DNA from: an uncultured virus (IMG/VR IMGVR_UViG_3300017989_000063)
Lineage: Duplodnaviria > Heunggongvirae > Uroviricota > Caudoviricetes
Length of the DNA stretch: 64,000 nucleotides
IMG/VR virus record: IMGVR_UViG_3300017989_000063
Direction: 5' to 3' (one strand)
Shown one piece after another: positions 27,109 through 37,900 of this stretch (positions within the stretch are counted from its first letter, which is position 1; each line of letters begins with the position of its first letter). The position numbers were made by a program, and so were the translations under genes. The notes beneath the pieces were generated by a model that was given only the letters and a program-made list of their open reading frames with translations, was not told the DNA's origin and did not search any database.

Positions 27109-27294
27109 GGGCTAAAAAAGATGAACGAGCGCAGCGCACAGAGTGTCCTACAGGGTCCAGGCATGTCTGATTGCTGCGCCGGTCGCATCGGGTGCGGGCA
27201 ACGGGGCCGCGGTTCCACCCGAAGCAGCTTCCCGCATTGGGAGCCTCTCCACGGTCCCGGGCGACATCCTACTTATACCGGAAGGGTCTGATAC

Positions 27295-27663
27295 ATGGCA
27301 ACCGTCGAGCAGATTCTGAGCCAGCTCTCCAACAACCAGCAGCTCCTGGGCGTTTGGGAGCACGTCATTCACTACCTCGAGAACAACTACATCGATCAGG
27401 ATAGTGGGGCTGCCCCGAAGCGCCTGGCGCTCGAGGGGTGTGTTGAGGCCGCTGTCACACAGGAGATTCTGCACGAGGTCATCACTGAGATCTCCGACAA
27501 GATCATGGGCCCCCTCCAGGTAGAGGTGGCCAAGCTACTCAACTCCAAGGTCGGCGAGGAGAAGAAGCCCAAGAAGGCGCCCAAGAAGGCGACGAAGAAG
27601 GGCGGCAACTCCAAGAAGAAGGGGAAGAACGGCGATGAGCAAGCCCAGTCAGCAGAAGAGTAA
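27295..27663 (+). CDS. Hypothetical protein
   Basis: 122-aa ORF with a basic tail. Confidence 0.7.
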   Translation: MATVEQILSQLSNNQQLLGVWEHVIHYLENNYIDQDSGAAPKRLALEGCVEAAVTQEILHEVITEISDKIMGPLQVEVAKLLNSKVGEEKKPKKAPKKATKKGGNSKKKGKNGDEQAQSAEE

Positions 27664-28258
27664 GAAAAAGGCAGCCAAGAAGAAGGCCGCCAAGAAGAAG
27701 ACGCCCAAGAAGACCAGGTCGAGGCCTGACCTCTCTGGCATCAGGTCGTTCGTCGCCGATGTGAAGGAGGCCATCCACCGAGAGGCCTCCGACATCGTCG
27801 CTCGGACCCACGGGCACACGATCCACAGGCTGACGGTGATGAACGCCATCCCGGGCGCTCTGCTGGCGCTGCTCTACATCGTGTTCAACAACTTCCGCAA
27901 CACCCAGATCAACGACAACACGACGCTCACGGCGAACCAGCAGAGCCTCTCCCGGCACCAACTCGAGATGGACAAGAACACCACCATCCTGATGAAGCTG
28001 GCCATGGAAGAGTACGGAGAGGAGCGGATGGCCGAGCTGCTCAAGAAGTTCCACATCGACATGGGCATCGTCGCCCTCGTCCAGTGGGTGGTCCCCGATG
28101 AGGTCAAGAGGGAGCTACTGATGCCCGACCCGGAGGAGATCCCCGAGGATGTCGAGAAGGCGTTCAAGCCCGACGATCAGATCGCGGAGGACGGGGCTGC
28201 GCCATCCGGAGCATCTCACCCGGACGGGGCCACGTTCTTCGGCGGAGGTGAGGAATGA
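27635..28258 (+). CDS. Hypothetical protein with a Lys-rich N-terminus and a hydrophobic segment
   Basis: AIPGALLALLYIVF. Confidence 0.7.
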   Translation: MSKPSQQKSKKKAAKKKAAKKKTPKKTRSRPDLSGIRSFVADVKEAIHREASDIVARTHGHTIHRLTVMNAIPGALLALLYIVFNNFRNTQINDNTTLTANQQSLSRHQLEMDKNTTILMKLAMEEYGEERMAELLKKFHIDMGIVALVQWVVPDEVKRELLMPDPEEIPEDVEKAFKPDDQIAEDGAAPSGASHPDGATFFGGGEE

Positions 28259-28422
28259 AGAAGGTCAGGGCCCCGGCGCGTAGACCGGACCAGCTCCGGA
28301 GGGGCAAGACCCCGAAGATGGCGTGCCCGAAGTGCAACGGGACTGCCACCCTCGTGCCCGACGGCAGAGGCGGCATGGTCTATCGGTGCAACACCTGCGG
28401 GCGTATGTTCAGCAGTAGCTAG
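28255..28422 (+). CDS. Small zinc-ribbon protein
   Basis: ATGA overlap; CPKC..YRCNTCG (55 aa, below the ORF-track cutoff). Confidence 0.7.
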   Translation: MKKVRAPARRPDQLRRGKTPKMACPKCNGTATLVPDGRGGMVYRCNTCGRMFSSS

Positions 28423-28784
28423 AGCACGCCCTCCTTGCGGAGTTCGGAGAGGACGTATGCCGACAGCGAAGCCACACCCTCTCGCTTGGCCTTACGAGCC
28501 CACCAGCCGATCTGCTGGGCGTGGGCGAGAGGCAGGTGGCAGTCGCGGCAGAGATCGGCACCACCGAGCTCGTAGACGTTCCCCCTCGGGAACGTGGCGT
28601 AGTAGCCGATGTCATCTCGGGGGGCGTAGCAGCAGTCGCAGCACTTCTGTCCAGTGTTCGGGTCCACGAAGCACTTCTTGTTCATGTCGAGGACGACTCC
28701 GTGGTTCTCCTCGACCCACTTCGCCAGCTCGGCGATCTCCTCTGGTGTAGCGTTGTCCAGCCAGGGCTTATCTCGGTCGGGCAT
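28419..28784 (-). CDS. Cys-rich hypothetical protein
   Basis: GGAGG RBS; CCDCC..LCRDCH. Confidence 0.65.
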   Translation of the reverse strand: MPDRDKPWLDNATPEEIAELAKWVEENHGVVLDMNKKCFVDPNTGQKCCDCCYAPRDDIGYYATFPRGNVYELGGADLCRDCHLPLAHAQQIGWWARKAKREGVASLSAYVLSELRKEGVL

Positions 28785-28820
28785 GGGAACCTCCGGAGGT
28801 GATACCAGAATGGTATCAAC

Positions 28821-29096
28821 ATGAAGGTGACGCTGTCCACTCGTCTGCCCAGGATCCTGCACGAGCAGGTGTCGGCAGCGGCGGACAGAATCGGCGTGTC
28901 GGTGAACCACTTCATCATCGAGGCCGTCCGGCACTACCTGCTGGTGGTTGTCGAGGAAGAAGCCGAAAGGAGTAGGCGGTGGACCCCAAGAAGCTCAGTA
29001 AAGAAGAGTCAGCGCGGATCAACGAGGAAGCGGACGACCGCATCCAGAAGTTCCAAGACTGGCTCCTCTCCCAGAAAGGGGAGACGGAGCCGCTAG
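28821..29096 (+). CDS. RHH/Arc-like DNA-binding protein
   Basis: LSTRLPRILHEQVSAAADRIGVSVNHFIIEAV. Confidence 0.7.
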   Translation: MKVTLSTRLPRILHEQVSAAADRIGVSVNHFIIEAVRHYLLVVVEEEAERSRRWTPRSSVKKSQRGSTRKRTTASRSSKTGSSPRKGRRSR

Positions 29097-29182
29097 CCCG
29101 GCCGGAGAGAGCGATCGTCAAGACCTTCATCCTGTGGGAGAAGTTCTATGAGGAAGGTTCTTCCGGGAGTGCCGGGGCTTAA
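28979..29182 (+). CDS. Small hypothetical protein
   Basis: AGGAG RBS; GTG start. Confidence 0.6.
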   Translation: MDPKKLSKEESARINEEADDRIQKFQDWLLSQKGETEPLARPERAIVKTFILWEKFYEEGSSGSAGA

Positions 29183-29198
29183 CGTCGGAGGATACGCC

Positions 29199-29459
29199 AT
29201 GGCCAGGAAGACAGTCATCGAGATCACCTGCGACAGGTGTGGGAAGACGGAGCACGTCACCGACCCGAGCAGGGCCGAGAAGGATCCCCCCGACTTCTCG
29301 GGCTCTCTCTTCTTCGACGAGGACTCGAACGAGGAGAAGGAGTTCCAGGATCTGTGCGGCCGCTGTCGCAAGGCGGTCAGGAACTACTGGAACAAGATCC
29401 TGCTCAAGGACGGAGAGTCGGACGATCCTCCGGAGACTGGGCCACCGATCGAGGAGTAA
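29199..29459 (+). CDS. Small Zn-binding protein
   Basis: GGAGG RBS; CDRC..DLCGRC. Confidence 0.75.
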   Translation: MARKTVIEITCDRCGKTEHVTDPSRAEKDPPDFSGSLFFDEDSNEEKEFQDLCGRCRKAVRNYWNKILLKDGESDDPPETGPPIEE

Positions 29460-29688
29460 AAACTGAGCCCCGGCCGGGACGTTCGACGGGCCCTGACTAC
29501 AAGAGCCTACTCCCGTTATAGCTCAGCGCCTCATCCAAGCCCGCGCTGCGACGCGCAGGTCTTACTAGCTTTTCGGCAGCACTGATCTTCTTATACAGGA
29601 AAGCTCTAGGCTTTTCGCTGTCACCTCCTTTGGTGAAAGGCTTGCGTGGTGGTGCCAGGGGCGCTAGACTTGGCGGACAGGAGACCTG

Positions 29689-32600
29689 ATGCCCTACACG
29701 TCGAACGACATCGCGATGGCCATCTCCCAACAGAACCAGGGGTTCATGCAGGGTGCGCACATGGCCAACGTGATGGGGATGCCCGGCGTTCCTCCCGCGA
29801 TGATGGGCGGCCCACAGCCATTCAACCAGGGCGGCTACGACCCGACCGCGATGACCGGAATGACCGGAGCCAATGTCGGTCGAGTCGGTACCGCCGCCAC
29901 GCTGGGAATGCTCCCGTCGCTGCCCTCGATGATGGGTGTCGTGGGGGGAGTGGCCGGCGGATTGATGGGGAAGAGCTGGGCTCGTCCTCTGCAGATGTTC
30001 GACCCGTTCTCGATGGGCATCGGTGGGTACCAAGCCGGGGGCGTTCTCGGAGGGCTCGCCGGCGCAGGGCTGAGCCTCGGGGCTGGAGCCGCGGTCAGCT
30101 GGGGCGCCCAGCAGATGTACCGGGGGGCCGTGGACTACCAGCGTACAGGAGCCATCCTGAACCAGACCCTCGGCCGCACGTTCCAGCCGGCCGAGATGGC
30201 CTACACCGGAGGCGAAGGCTTCACCGCGACGCAGAAGAGGCAGATGAGCGCCCTGATGCGGAGGATGGAGTACATCCCCGAGCTGATGACCAGCACCGAC
30301 GAGCTGCAGCGGCTCCTCGTGAAGATGGAGCAGACCGGGATGTTCTCCGGGGCCGTCGGAGTCACCGAGATCGGTCGACGCTTCAAGGACGGCATCAAGA
30401 CCATCCGCACTCTCGCCTCGATCATGGGCACCACGATGGAGGAGGCACTCCCCCTCTTCCAGGAGGCTCGGACCACCGGCTTCTTCACGGCCAGCGACAT
30501 CCTGAAGAACGCAGTCAACCGCCAGGTCGTGGCCGGTACCCTGGGGTTCACCCAGAACCAGGTCGGTGCGGTGTCCGCCGCCGGCGCGGCGATGGTCACA
30601 CAGCTCGGAGGGTCTGCTCGGGGAGCCGGAGCTCTCGGTGCCCAGCGCGGGCTCGGTCAGATCGGGATGGCTCGCCGGATGGGGCTCGTGACCGAGCAAG
30701 AAGTCGCGGCTGCCACCGGAGGGCAGACGGGCACCCAGGGGGCTGTGGCGCTGCAGCAGCAGTTCATGCAGGCCGGGATGCAGCTCGCCCAGAGCGGGAT
30801 GGGGAGGCTGGTCGCCGCGGCCTCGGCAGAGGTCGGAGAGGGAGGTAGGCTCACCGGACGTCTTCGAGGAGACGTGCTCGAGCAGCTTCGCGGAGGCAAC
30901 ATCGGCCGCGGGGAGCTGATGCGGATGGCCCGGGAGAACGTGCGTGGCCGCCGAGGTCAGTTCGCGATGATGGAAGAGGAGCTCACCAGCCAGCTCGCCG
31001 CCTCTGGTCCGCAATCCATCGTCGCCGTTCTTCGGTCTGCCATCGACCAGCGCGGTGCTTGGGGCGAGGACCTCGAGCAGGTTGTCGGCCACATCCTCCG
31101 CAGCTACACCAACCTGGCGAAGCCGGCCCGCGACCTCCTGATCCGGATGACCAGGGAGTCGGGCCAGATCCAGCGTGAGATGAACACTCAGCAGCGCCAG
31201 CGCATCGAGTCCCTGAAGATCAAGGAGCTCTACAGGACCAGAAGCCTGGGCTACAGGTGGGAGCAGCTCAAGACCGAGATCGGGCAGTACACCACCGAGC
31301 CTCTACGCGGCGCCGGCGAGACCATTAGCTACGGGTTCGAGCGCCTGGGTGAGGAGGCCAACCGCTGGCTCACTGGGGTGGACGTCACCAACGTGAGTGC
31401 TTTGGGTGAGCGGGGAATTCGCACCGGGCTGGCCACGGGGGCCACGAACGTCCTCGGTGGTGCTCGAGGAGGGGAGGCCCTGAATCAGAGGATCCTGGCC
31501 CCCGGAGTGGGGGAGGCCGACTTCTGGGGGGATAGCACAGCCGCCAACCTGTCGGCGTCGGCGCGCCTCTTCGGGCTGCAGACACAGCTCGGCAGAGGAG
31601 AAGCCGGGGTCGTCACCGGGGTTGGTGGGGCAGGGGCCGTGGGTATCACCCCCGAGGCCATGAGGCGCGCCGGATCCTCCGAGCTGTTGTCCAGAACCAA
31701 GGACCTAGAATCCCTGGCATCGGCCAAGAGGTTGAGCGGTCAGCAGAAGAGTCGGCTGCGTACCCTCGTCAGGAAGATCGGTAGGACCACCCGCGTGGAA
31801 GGGGAGGACCTGGCCGAGATGACGATGCAGGAGAAGGCCAGGTTCTTCGAGCAGCGGTTCGGACGTGATCTCGCAGCGATCGGCGGTGACATCAATCTGG
31901 GTGAGGTCCTGCGAGTAGCGGAGATGGAAGAGGGACTCACCGGGATGCGTGGGTGGACCGACACGGAGAACATGCTTGCGTCCGTGGCGAGTGCCGGAGC
32001 CGCTGGGATGCTGCGCGACGCAGCGGAGACCAAGACAGAGGCCATCGACGTCGCCGAGGCCATGTTCAGGTCGGGGGGAGTCAGTGGAGAGTCCCTCTCG
32101 GCCACCAGGAAGTTCATGCAGGAGGAGGCCGTCGGCGCTGGGCGTCTGATGAAGGCCGCCCAGCAGGGTGAGCTCGACGAGATCACCAAGCTCGTCCACC
32201 GCAGAAACCGCTTCGAGGAGATGACGGACGCAGAGCGTGACAAGCTCACCCGCTTCGGGGTCACGGGGGACAACTATGCCCGGGCGGCCGAGTTCATCAA
32301 GGGCCTTGAGAAGGTTCAGCACACACGCGGGCTGCTGCAGCAGGGCGAGACGATGGCAGCCCTCGGCCAATCCATCTTCGCTCCCCTACTCGAGTCCGGG
32401 ATGCAGGCCTACGGGGGCATGGGCGGGATCGGGGAGACTCTGGCCGGCGCAGGCCAGGCAGAGGCTCAGCGGGCGACCAGACGACGGATGGTGGAGACGG
32501 CCCAGGAACTGACGGCCGGCATGGGCACCAGAGCCGGTGCAGGAATCCTCGGTCGGGGAATCGATCTCACCTCACTGACAGAGCAGCTACGGACAGGACA

Positions 32601-33135
32601 GGGTGCAGAGGCCCTCGGTACTGCCGAGGACATCATGATGCGCATCTCCAGCATGGGTCGAGATCGGACGGACGTCATCAAGGCTCTTCAGGGTATGGGT
32701 GGCGCCGGCGAGGGGCTTGCTGCTGGTGCGATGGCCGCCAGAAGCATCGGGCAGATGCGCGGACCTCGAACCATCGCAGCTCTCGGGACCAAGGGTATGA
32801 TCGGCGAGGAGAGAGCCGCAGAGCTCGCCGGCGCCCTCGGGATCGAAACAGCATCTGGCAAGCCGCTGTCGAAGGAGGACGCGGAGACCCTCACCCGCGC
32901 CATCGTCAAGGAGGTCTTCTCCACTGGCGTCACGCAGAAGGGCGCGCTGGCTGCGTTCGACACCAGGACGCAGTACGAGCAGAACTTCATGACTATGCTC
33001 AACAGCATGAAGAGCGGCGCCGACGCCATGAATGCGTTCGTGTCCACAGTCGATAGGGTGATCCCGAACTGGAAGGACCAGGTCTCCAACCTCAACAAGG
33101 AGACGGGCCCCTCCGAGGCACTGGCAGGTCTCTGA
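29689..33135 (+). CDS. Tail tape measure protein
   Basis: 1148 aa, Ala/Gly/Met/Gln-rich and helical; heads the tail/baseplate cluster. Confidence 0.75.
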   Translation: MPYTSNDIAMAISQQNQGFMQGAHMANVMGMPGVPPAMMGGPQPFNQGGYDPTAMTGMTGANVGRVGTAATLGMLPSLPSMMGVVGGVAGGLMGKSWARPLQMFDPFSMGIGGYQAGGVLGGLAGAGLSLGAGAAVSWGAQQMYRGAVDYQRTGAILNQTLGRTFQPAEMAYTGGEGFTATQKRQMSALMRRMEYIPELMTSTDELQRLLVKMEQTGMFSGAVGVTEIGRRFKDGIKTIRTLASIMGTTMEEALPLFQEARTTGFFTASDILKNAVNRQVVAGTLGFTQNQVGAVSAAGAAMVTQLGGSARGAGALGAQRGLGQIGMARRMGLVTEQEVAAATGGQTGTQGAVALQQQFMQAGMQLAQSGMGRLVAAASAEVGEGGRLTGRLRGDVLEQLRGGNIGRGELMRMARENVRGRRGQFAMMEEELTSQLAASGPQSIVAVLRSAIDQRGAWGEDLEQVVGHILRSYTNLAKPARDLLIRMTRESGQIQREMNTQQRQRIESLKIKELYRTRSLGYRWEQLKTEIGQYTTEPLRGAGETISYGFERLGEEANRWLTGVDVTNVSALGERGIRTGLATGATNVLGGARGGEALNQRILAPGVGEADFWGDSTAANLSASARLFGLQTQLGRGEAGVVTGVGGAGAVGITPEAMRRAGSSELLSRTKDLESLASAKRLSGQQKSRLRTLVRKIGRTTRVEGEDLAEMTMQEKARFFEQRFGRDLAAIGGDINLGEVLRVAEMEEGLTGMRGWTDTENMLASVASAGAAGMLRDAAETKTEAIDVAEAMFRSGGVSGESLSATRKFMQEEAVGAGRLMKAAQQGELDEITKLVHRRNRFEEMTDAERDKLTRFGVTGDNYARAAEFIKGLEKVQHTRGLLQQGETMAALGQSIFAPLLESGMQAYGGMGGIGETLAGAGQAEAQRATRRRMVETAQELTAGMGTRAGAGILGRGIDLTSLTEQLRTGQGAEALGTAEDIMMRISSMGRDRTDVIKALQGMGGAGEGLAAGAMAARSIGQMRGPRTIAALGTKGMIGEERAAELAGALGIETASGKPLSKEDAETLTRAIVKEVFSTGVTQKGALAAFDTRTQYEQNFMTMLNSMKSGADAMNAFVSTVDRVIPNWKDQVSNLNKETGPSEALAGL

Positions 33136-33347
33136 TGGCGAGACATCACCAGTTCAAGCTGAAGTCGAAGACCGGAGTCGAGATCACGTTCTCGATGCAA
33201 GACTCTCTCATTGTCGACGACCTGGTCGTGGCGTCTGGCAAGACCGAGGCTTTCCGTAGACGGACGGGCAAGGATGCAGGGACGGACGTACCGAGCAGGG
33301 ACATCCGCGACTACCTCATCAAGCTCGGCGTCGTCTTCCCGGAGTGA
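33135..33347 (+). CDS. Small hypothetical protein
   Basis: TGATG-coupled to the tape measure gene. Confidence 0.65.
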   Translation: MARHHQFKLKSKTGVEITFSMQDSLIVDDLVVASGKTEAFRRRTGKDAGTDVPSRDIRDYLIKLGVVFPE

Positions 33348-33350
33348 GCC

Positions 33351-34973
33351 ATGACGACGTTCTACATCACCGACTACTTCGGCACATTCGACGACCCGTA
33401 CTCTGAGTTGTCGACTGCGGAGAGGACGCGCAACTCGAGGGAGCAGTCTCTCGACTTCGAGCACCTGAACATGCCGGAGGTGTGGGATCCTCAGTTCACC
33501 GGGGTTGGGCAGTACGACCACGTCCGTCGCCCGATGCGTGGGATCCAGCTCAAGGACGAGACCTACGCCTCGATCTGGGTGGAGGACAAGGACGGCAACA
33601 AGAAGTGGATCATCAACGAGTCGTATCAGATGACCGATGTCAACGATCCATTTTACAGCATGACGTCCAACTTCCTCCTGCAGAGCGTGAACGAAAGCCG
33701 CGCCGAGAAGCAGCAGGTCGTGGAGACGTTCGGTCCGACCTACATCTTCTTCTTCGGCGAGCGCCCCAGGGTACTCAACTGCGCCGGCATCCTTCTCAAC
33801 ACGGCGGACTTCGCGTGGCGCTCGGAGTGGTGGGAGAACTACGAGAGGTACTTCAGGGGCACCCAGCTCGTCCGCGAGGGAAGTACGTTCCACATGGAGT
33901 ACGACGACGTGCACGTCGTGGGCTACATCCTGTCCTCGAACGCAACGACGATGACGGAGCAGCCTTACCACATCGTGCTCAACTTCCAGATCTTCCTCAC
34001 CGACTATGTCGATCGGCATCGGTGGTCGACGGAGTTCCCCAAGCAGACATCGGTGGTCAACCCCATCGACATCCCGGACCCGCCTCCCGACCTGCAGCAG
34101 ACCACGGCTGGAAAGGTGCGTCAGCTCGCGCTGGCCGACTACCTGTCGTCGCAGGCGCAGTTCAGCGCAGGGAAGTTCGCTTCGGCCGTGAGCAACCCGG
34201 GAGCAGTGTGGCAAGGAGCAGGGCTGCAGCCCTACGCCTACCTGAAGAAGATCGAGGGCTTCCTGTACGGTCGGCCAGAGGTGATCCCCAAGGGGTACGC
34301 CGGATCCGAGGCCGTTGCTGGATTCCAGCAGCTGACGTTCGCCGGAGGAACGGCTCTCGACCCCTACACCCTCGATGTCATCTTCGGAGGCGACGCCAGC
34401 CTCATCCGGCAGGCCGAGAGCTTCAAGAGGTCATTCAACTACCTGAATCAGAGGAAGGGAATCTACTACGAGATGGCCCAGGAGGCGGCCCAGCGAACCA
34501 AGTTCAGGATGAACTTCGACGAGTTCCCTGCCGGTGGCTACGTCTACTCCAACGGGATGATCTACGCACTCGAGGACGCGGTAAAGGAAGGCCAGCGCGT
34601 GATCGAAGAGTCGGCCGCCGCCGGCCGAGAACTCCTGGTTGCGGAGGACGAGGCTCGCTTCTTCGAGGAGGTGGCGAGGCAGGAGTTCATCTCCAAGGGC
34701 GTCGACCCCGACAGCTGGCTGTCCAGCACCTGGGCCAGGATGGGTGCGGCTGCGGTAGGTACGGCCATCGCGGCCAGCGGAGCATTCCTGCTCTCTCCGG
34801 ACTCAGTAGTTGGTCGCGCCGCGGCTGACTCGGACTCCGCTGACCAGTGGGGTGTCCCCGGGAGCGCCAGGACTCGCTACGAGGGGCACGTCCCCAACGA
34901 TACCCCTCGGTGGTGGGAAGACCCCGAGGCGCAGGGCTCCGCTGAACGGAGACCCTTCTCCACGGCGACATGA
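33351..34973 (+). CDS. Putative baseplate hub/tail tube initiator protein
   Basis: Position after the tape measure gene; beta-rich N-terminal half (FLLQSVNESRAEKQQVVETFG..FFGERP). Confidence 0.5.
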   Translation: MTTFYITDYFGTFDDPYSELSTAERTRNSREQSLDFEHLNMPEVWDPQFTGVGQYDHVRRPMRGIQLKDETYASIWVEDKDGNKKWIINESYQMTDVNDPFYSMTSNFLLQSVNESRAEKQQVVETFGPTYIFFFGERPRVLNCAGILLNTADFAWRSEWWENYERYFRGTQLVREGSTFHMEYDDVHVVGYILSSNATTMTEQPYHIVLNFQIFLTDYVDRHRWSTEFPKQTSVVNPIDIPDPPPDLQQTTAGKVRQLALADYLSSQAQFSAGKFASAVSNPGAVWQGAGLQPYAYLKKIEGFLYGRPEVIPKGYAGSEAVAGFQQLTFAGGTALDPYTLDVIFGGDASLIRQAESFKRSFNYLNQRKGIYYEMAQEAAQRTKFRMNFDEFPAGGYVYSNGMIYALEDAVKEGQRVIEESAAAGRELLVAEDEARFFEEVARQEFISKGVDPDSWLSSTWARMGAAAVGTAIAASGAFLLSPDSVVGRAAADSDSADQWGVPGSARTRYEGHVPNDTPRWWEDPEAQGSAERRPFSTAT

Positions 34974-37900
34974 CCACTGACATCCACGGGAAGCCACTTG
35001 GGCTGCGTATGTTCCTCGAAGGAATCGAGGTCCCTTGCATCGCCGTCCACATCAAGATCGGGATGAATGGCCCAGCCGCGGCCGACATCGAGGTGGTTCC
35101 CACCGACAAGGTGATGGGGCTGATGCCTCGGACGATGGTCCACGTCTTCTACTTCGACCCAGAGTCCGCCCCGAATGCCCGGCACGAGAACGAGCAGTAC
35201 CGGCTCCTGTTCATGGGTGAGGTGATCAGCTCCAATTTCATCAAGACGCCCCAGAGCCGGGCGGCCGTACTGCAGTGCCTTGACTTCTCGTTGTACTGGG
35301 ACACGGCCTACCAGATGATGATGGACTTCGGTCCCCAAGGCAACTTCTTCATGGGCAACGCCTCGGCGTTCCTCGGGGCCAAGACCAACCTCTTCAACAG
35401 CCTGGGGATCGGTGGCGACCCGACCACGGTTCTCTCGAGGCTCATTCAAGGACAGCCGCAGACTCCCGGGCTGCGTGATCTGCCGAGTGGGCTGCTGGCA
35501 GGCATCATCAAGATCATCGAGTCTGTGGGAGGGGTGCCCTCCGAGTTCACCGGCGTCAACGACTTCTTCACCATCGGTGAGCTGCGCTCAAGGCTGTTGC
35601 ACCAGATCGGGGCTGCACCGAGCGACAGGACTCCCGAGTACCTGCTGCGGCGCAGAGCATTCAACAAGTTCCTGCGCAGCGAGCTCGCCGGAGGAGGGGG
35701 CCTGTTCAGCATCCGCGACATCATCAAGATGATGCTCCGCTACATCGTCCACGACGTGGTCCCCAACCCGGTGGCCATGTACAAGGGCGTCAGCCTGAAT
35801 CGGGTGAAGGAGAACTACACACCTCTCCGTGACCCGCGGATGCTGAGCACCTGGAAGAGCATCCGGGAGGCTCTGAAGCTCATCAAGAAGGCGCAGCAGG
35901 CTCTTCGTTCGACCGACAGCTACATGGAATCCATCGGACGCAACCCGCCCCAGTTCGAGGCCAGCAACAGCGCGCTGCAGACGCAGAGCGACAACCCCAG
36001 GACGAAGTTCAAGGCCTATCAGAACCAGAGGCGCAGCGAGCACCGCATCAACCGAGGACGGCAGGCGATCCTCACCCCCGTGACGCTGGCCCTCGACGCC
36101 AGGAACTTCTGCTACGCTGCCGAGAGAGAGCTGCCCACCAACGCTGCGGCTGTGGTCAGGAAGTACCTCGGGCAGGCCGAGCAGATCCTGGCCCTCAACT
36201 GGGACCTCTTCTCGGCCATCGGTATCTCCTCCGTCATCGTGTCCGACGGATCCACTCCCGTCTCGGTGAGGTCCTCCAGCTCGAGGATCCTCTTCGAGAC
36301 CAATCTCAACGTCTCGTTCGACGAGAACTTCACTCCGACCAAGAAGACGGCGTCGCAGATGGCCACCGCTGTGAAGGACCTCGACAGCCGGCTCAAGCAG
36401 GTCAGAGGGATCCTGCAGAAGGCTCGCTCGGCACTCTTCTCAGAGGCCCGAGACGTGTGGGAGGTAGAGGACGCCAGAGTGCCGACGCAGCTCTTCTTCC
36501 CCGACATCTGGTTCGCGTCTCCACCTGTGTGCAACGTCGTCTTCCCCTCGGATCATCTGCAGCTGAACTTCCAGCGGGGAATGCTCCGAGAGGTATCCAG
36601 ACTGCAGCTCTCCTCGGCGATGATGTTGGGTGGGCGGGTGATTCGTGACCGGTTGCTGAAGACCTACTATTTCGCGCCGGCCATCGAGGAGTTCCAGCGC
36701 ATCACCAAGGGCTGTCGATGGTTCATGTCCAGCCCGACGATCATGTCCCACGAGATCCACACTGGCATCATTCCGAAGCTGGAGAGCATCTCCGAGGTCG
36801 GTCGTTACGTGAAGCGAGCCCAGAGGGAGATCACCGGCAGGGACACGGGGAGCAAGATCAACTACATTCAGCGCATCGCCAACTACAACTTCTTCAGGCA
36901 TCGCTACTCAGCGAGGACGGTCGCGTTCTCCGGGCCGAAGAGGGAGAAGCTGGTGTGTGGGCTGCCCGCGGCCATCATCGTTCAGGGAGTGCCAAACCCC
37001 AAGCTCATCAAGGAGGGGGAGGACAGCGGAGGCAAGACGACGCTGAAGACCGTCCCACAGACCCCTGTGGCTGCCATCGAAGCCATCGTCAACGGGGGGA
37101 TGCGCATCGAGAACAGCCCGATGAACCTGATGGGGAAGCTCGTGGCCCTAGGCCACTCTTTCACCCAGCAGGGAGGCCACACCAACGGCACTCTCCAGTT
37201 CGTCAGGACACACTCGGACGACGACATCAACATGATCCAGGCGATGCTCGGGGAGCAGATCCAGAAGGCGAAAACGACCGGCAAGAAGACCTACACGCTC
37301 AACGTCAACACGTTGGTCAAGAACCGGGATGTGAAGAGTCTGGCTCTGCTGGCAGCGGTTACGCCGCAGAGAAAGAGAGACAGTCAGGGCCAGATCGAGT
37401 CGGGAGCCGTCCCAGACAAGGCACGGCTGTCGGTGGGCAGCAAGGACCCTCTCACTGGCAGAAAGATCATATCCATCCGGTTGCAGTCGAGGGGACAGAC
37501 CAAGGATGGATCTGCGAAGCTGTCGTCCCAGAGAAGCCTCTCGAGGAAGCCGGACGGAGGGGGTCTCATCTACTTCGGTGGTCAGCTCTCCGATGCCCCG
37601 GCCGGGTTCCCCACGATGGTGGACCTCGACATCCTCGAGGTGGCCAAGAACGGCACCAACGACCCCTGGTTCTGGGCCCTCCTGAACAGCTTCGACGTGG
37701 CGACGTCAGCGACCATAATCGTGGAGACCACCACTGCGGTGAGGGAGGACATTGTCAGTACTCCATTCGAGGAGAGAATCCGCCCTTACTGGATGGACAC
37801 GGGTACCTACCACCCGAAGAACATCGCAGACGAGTTCTACTTCCCTATGCTCGGGTGCTACCCCATCACCGACAAGCTGAAGATCGGTCTGCTGGTGGAG

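Noticed and set aside
29199..29459. Lsr2-like nucleoid protein
   Set aside because: Only the MARKTV start resembles Lsr2. It has CxxC pairs and lacks the DD-DG and RGR motifs.
29458..29597. Hammerhead or other self-cleaving ribozyme
   Set aside because: No intact CUGAUGA...GAAA core in the right arrangement.
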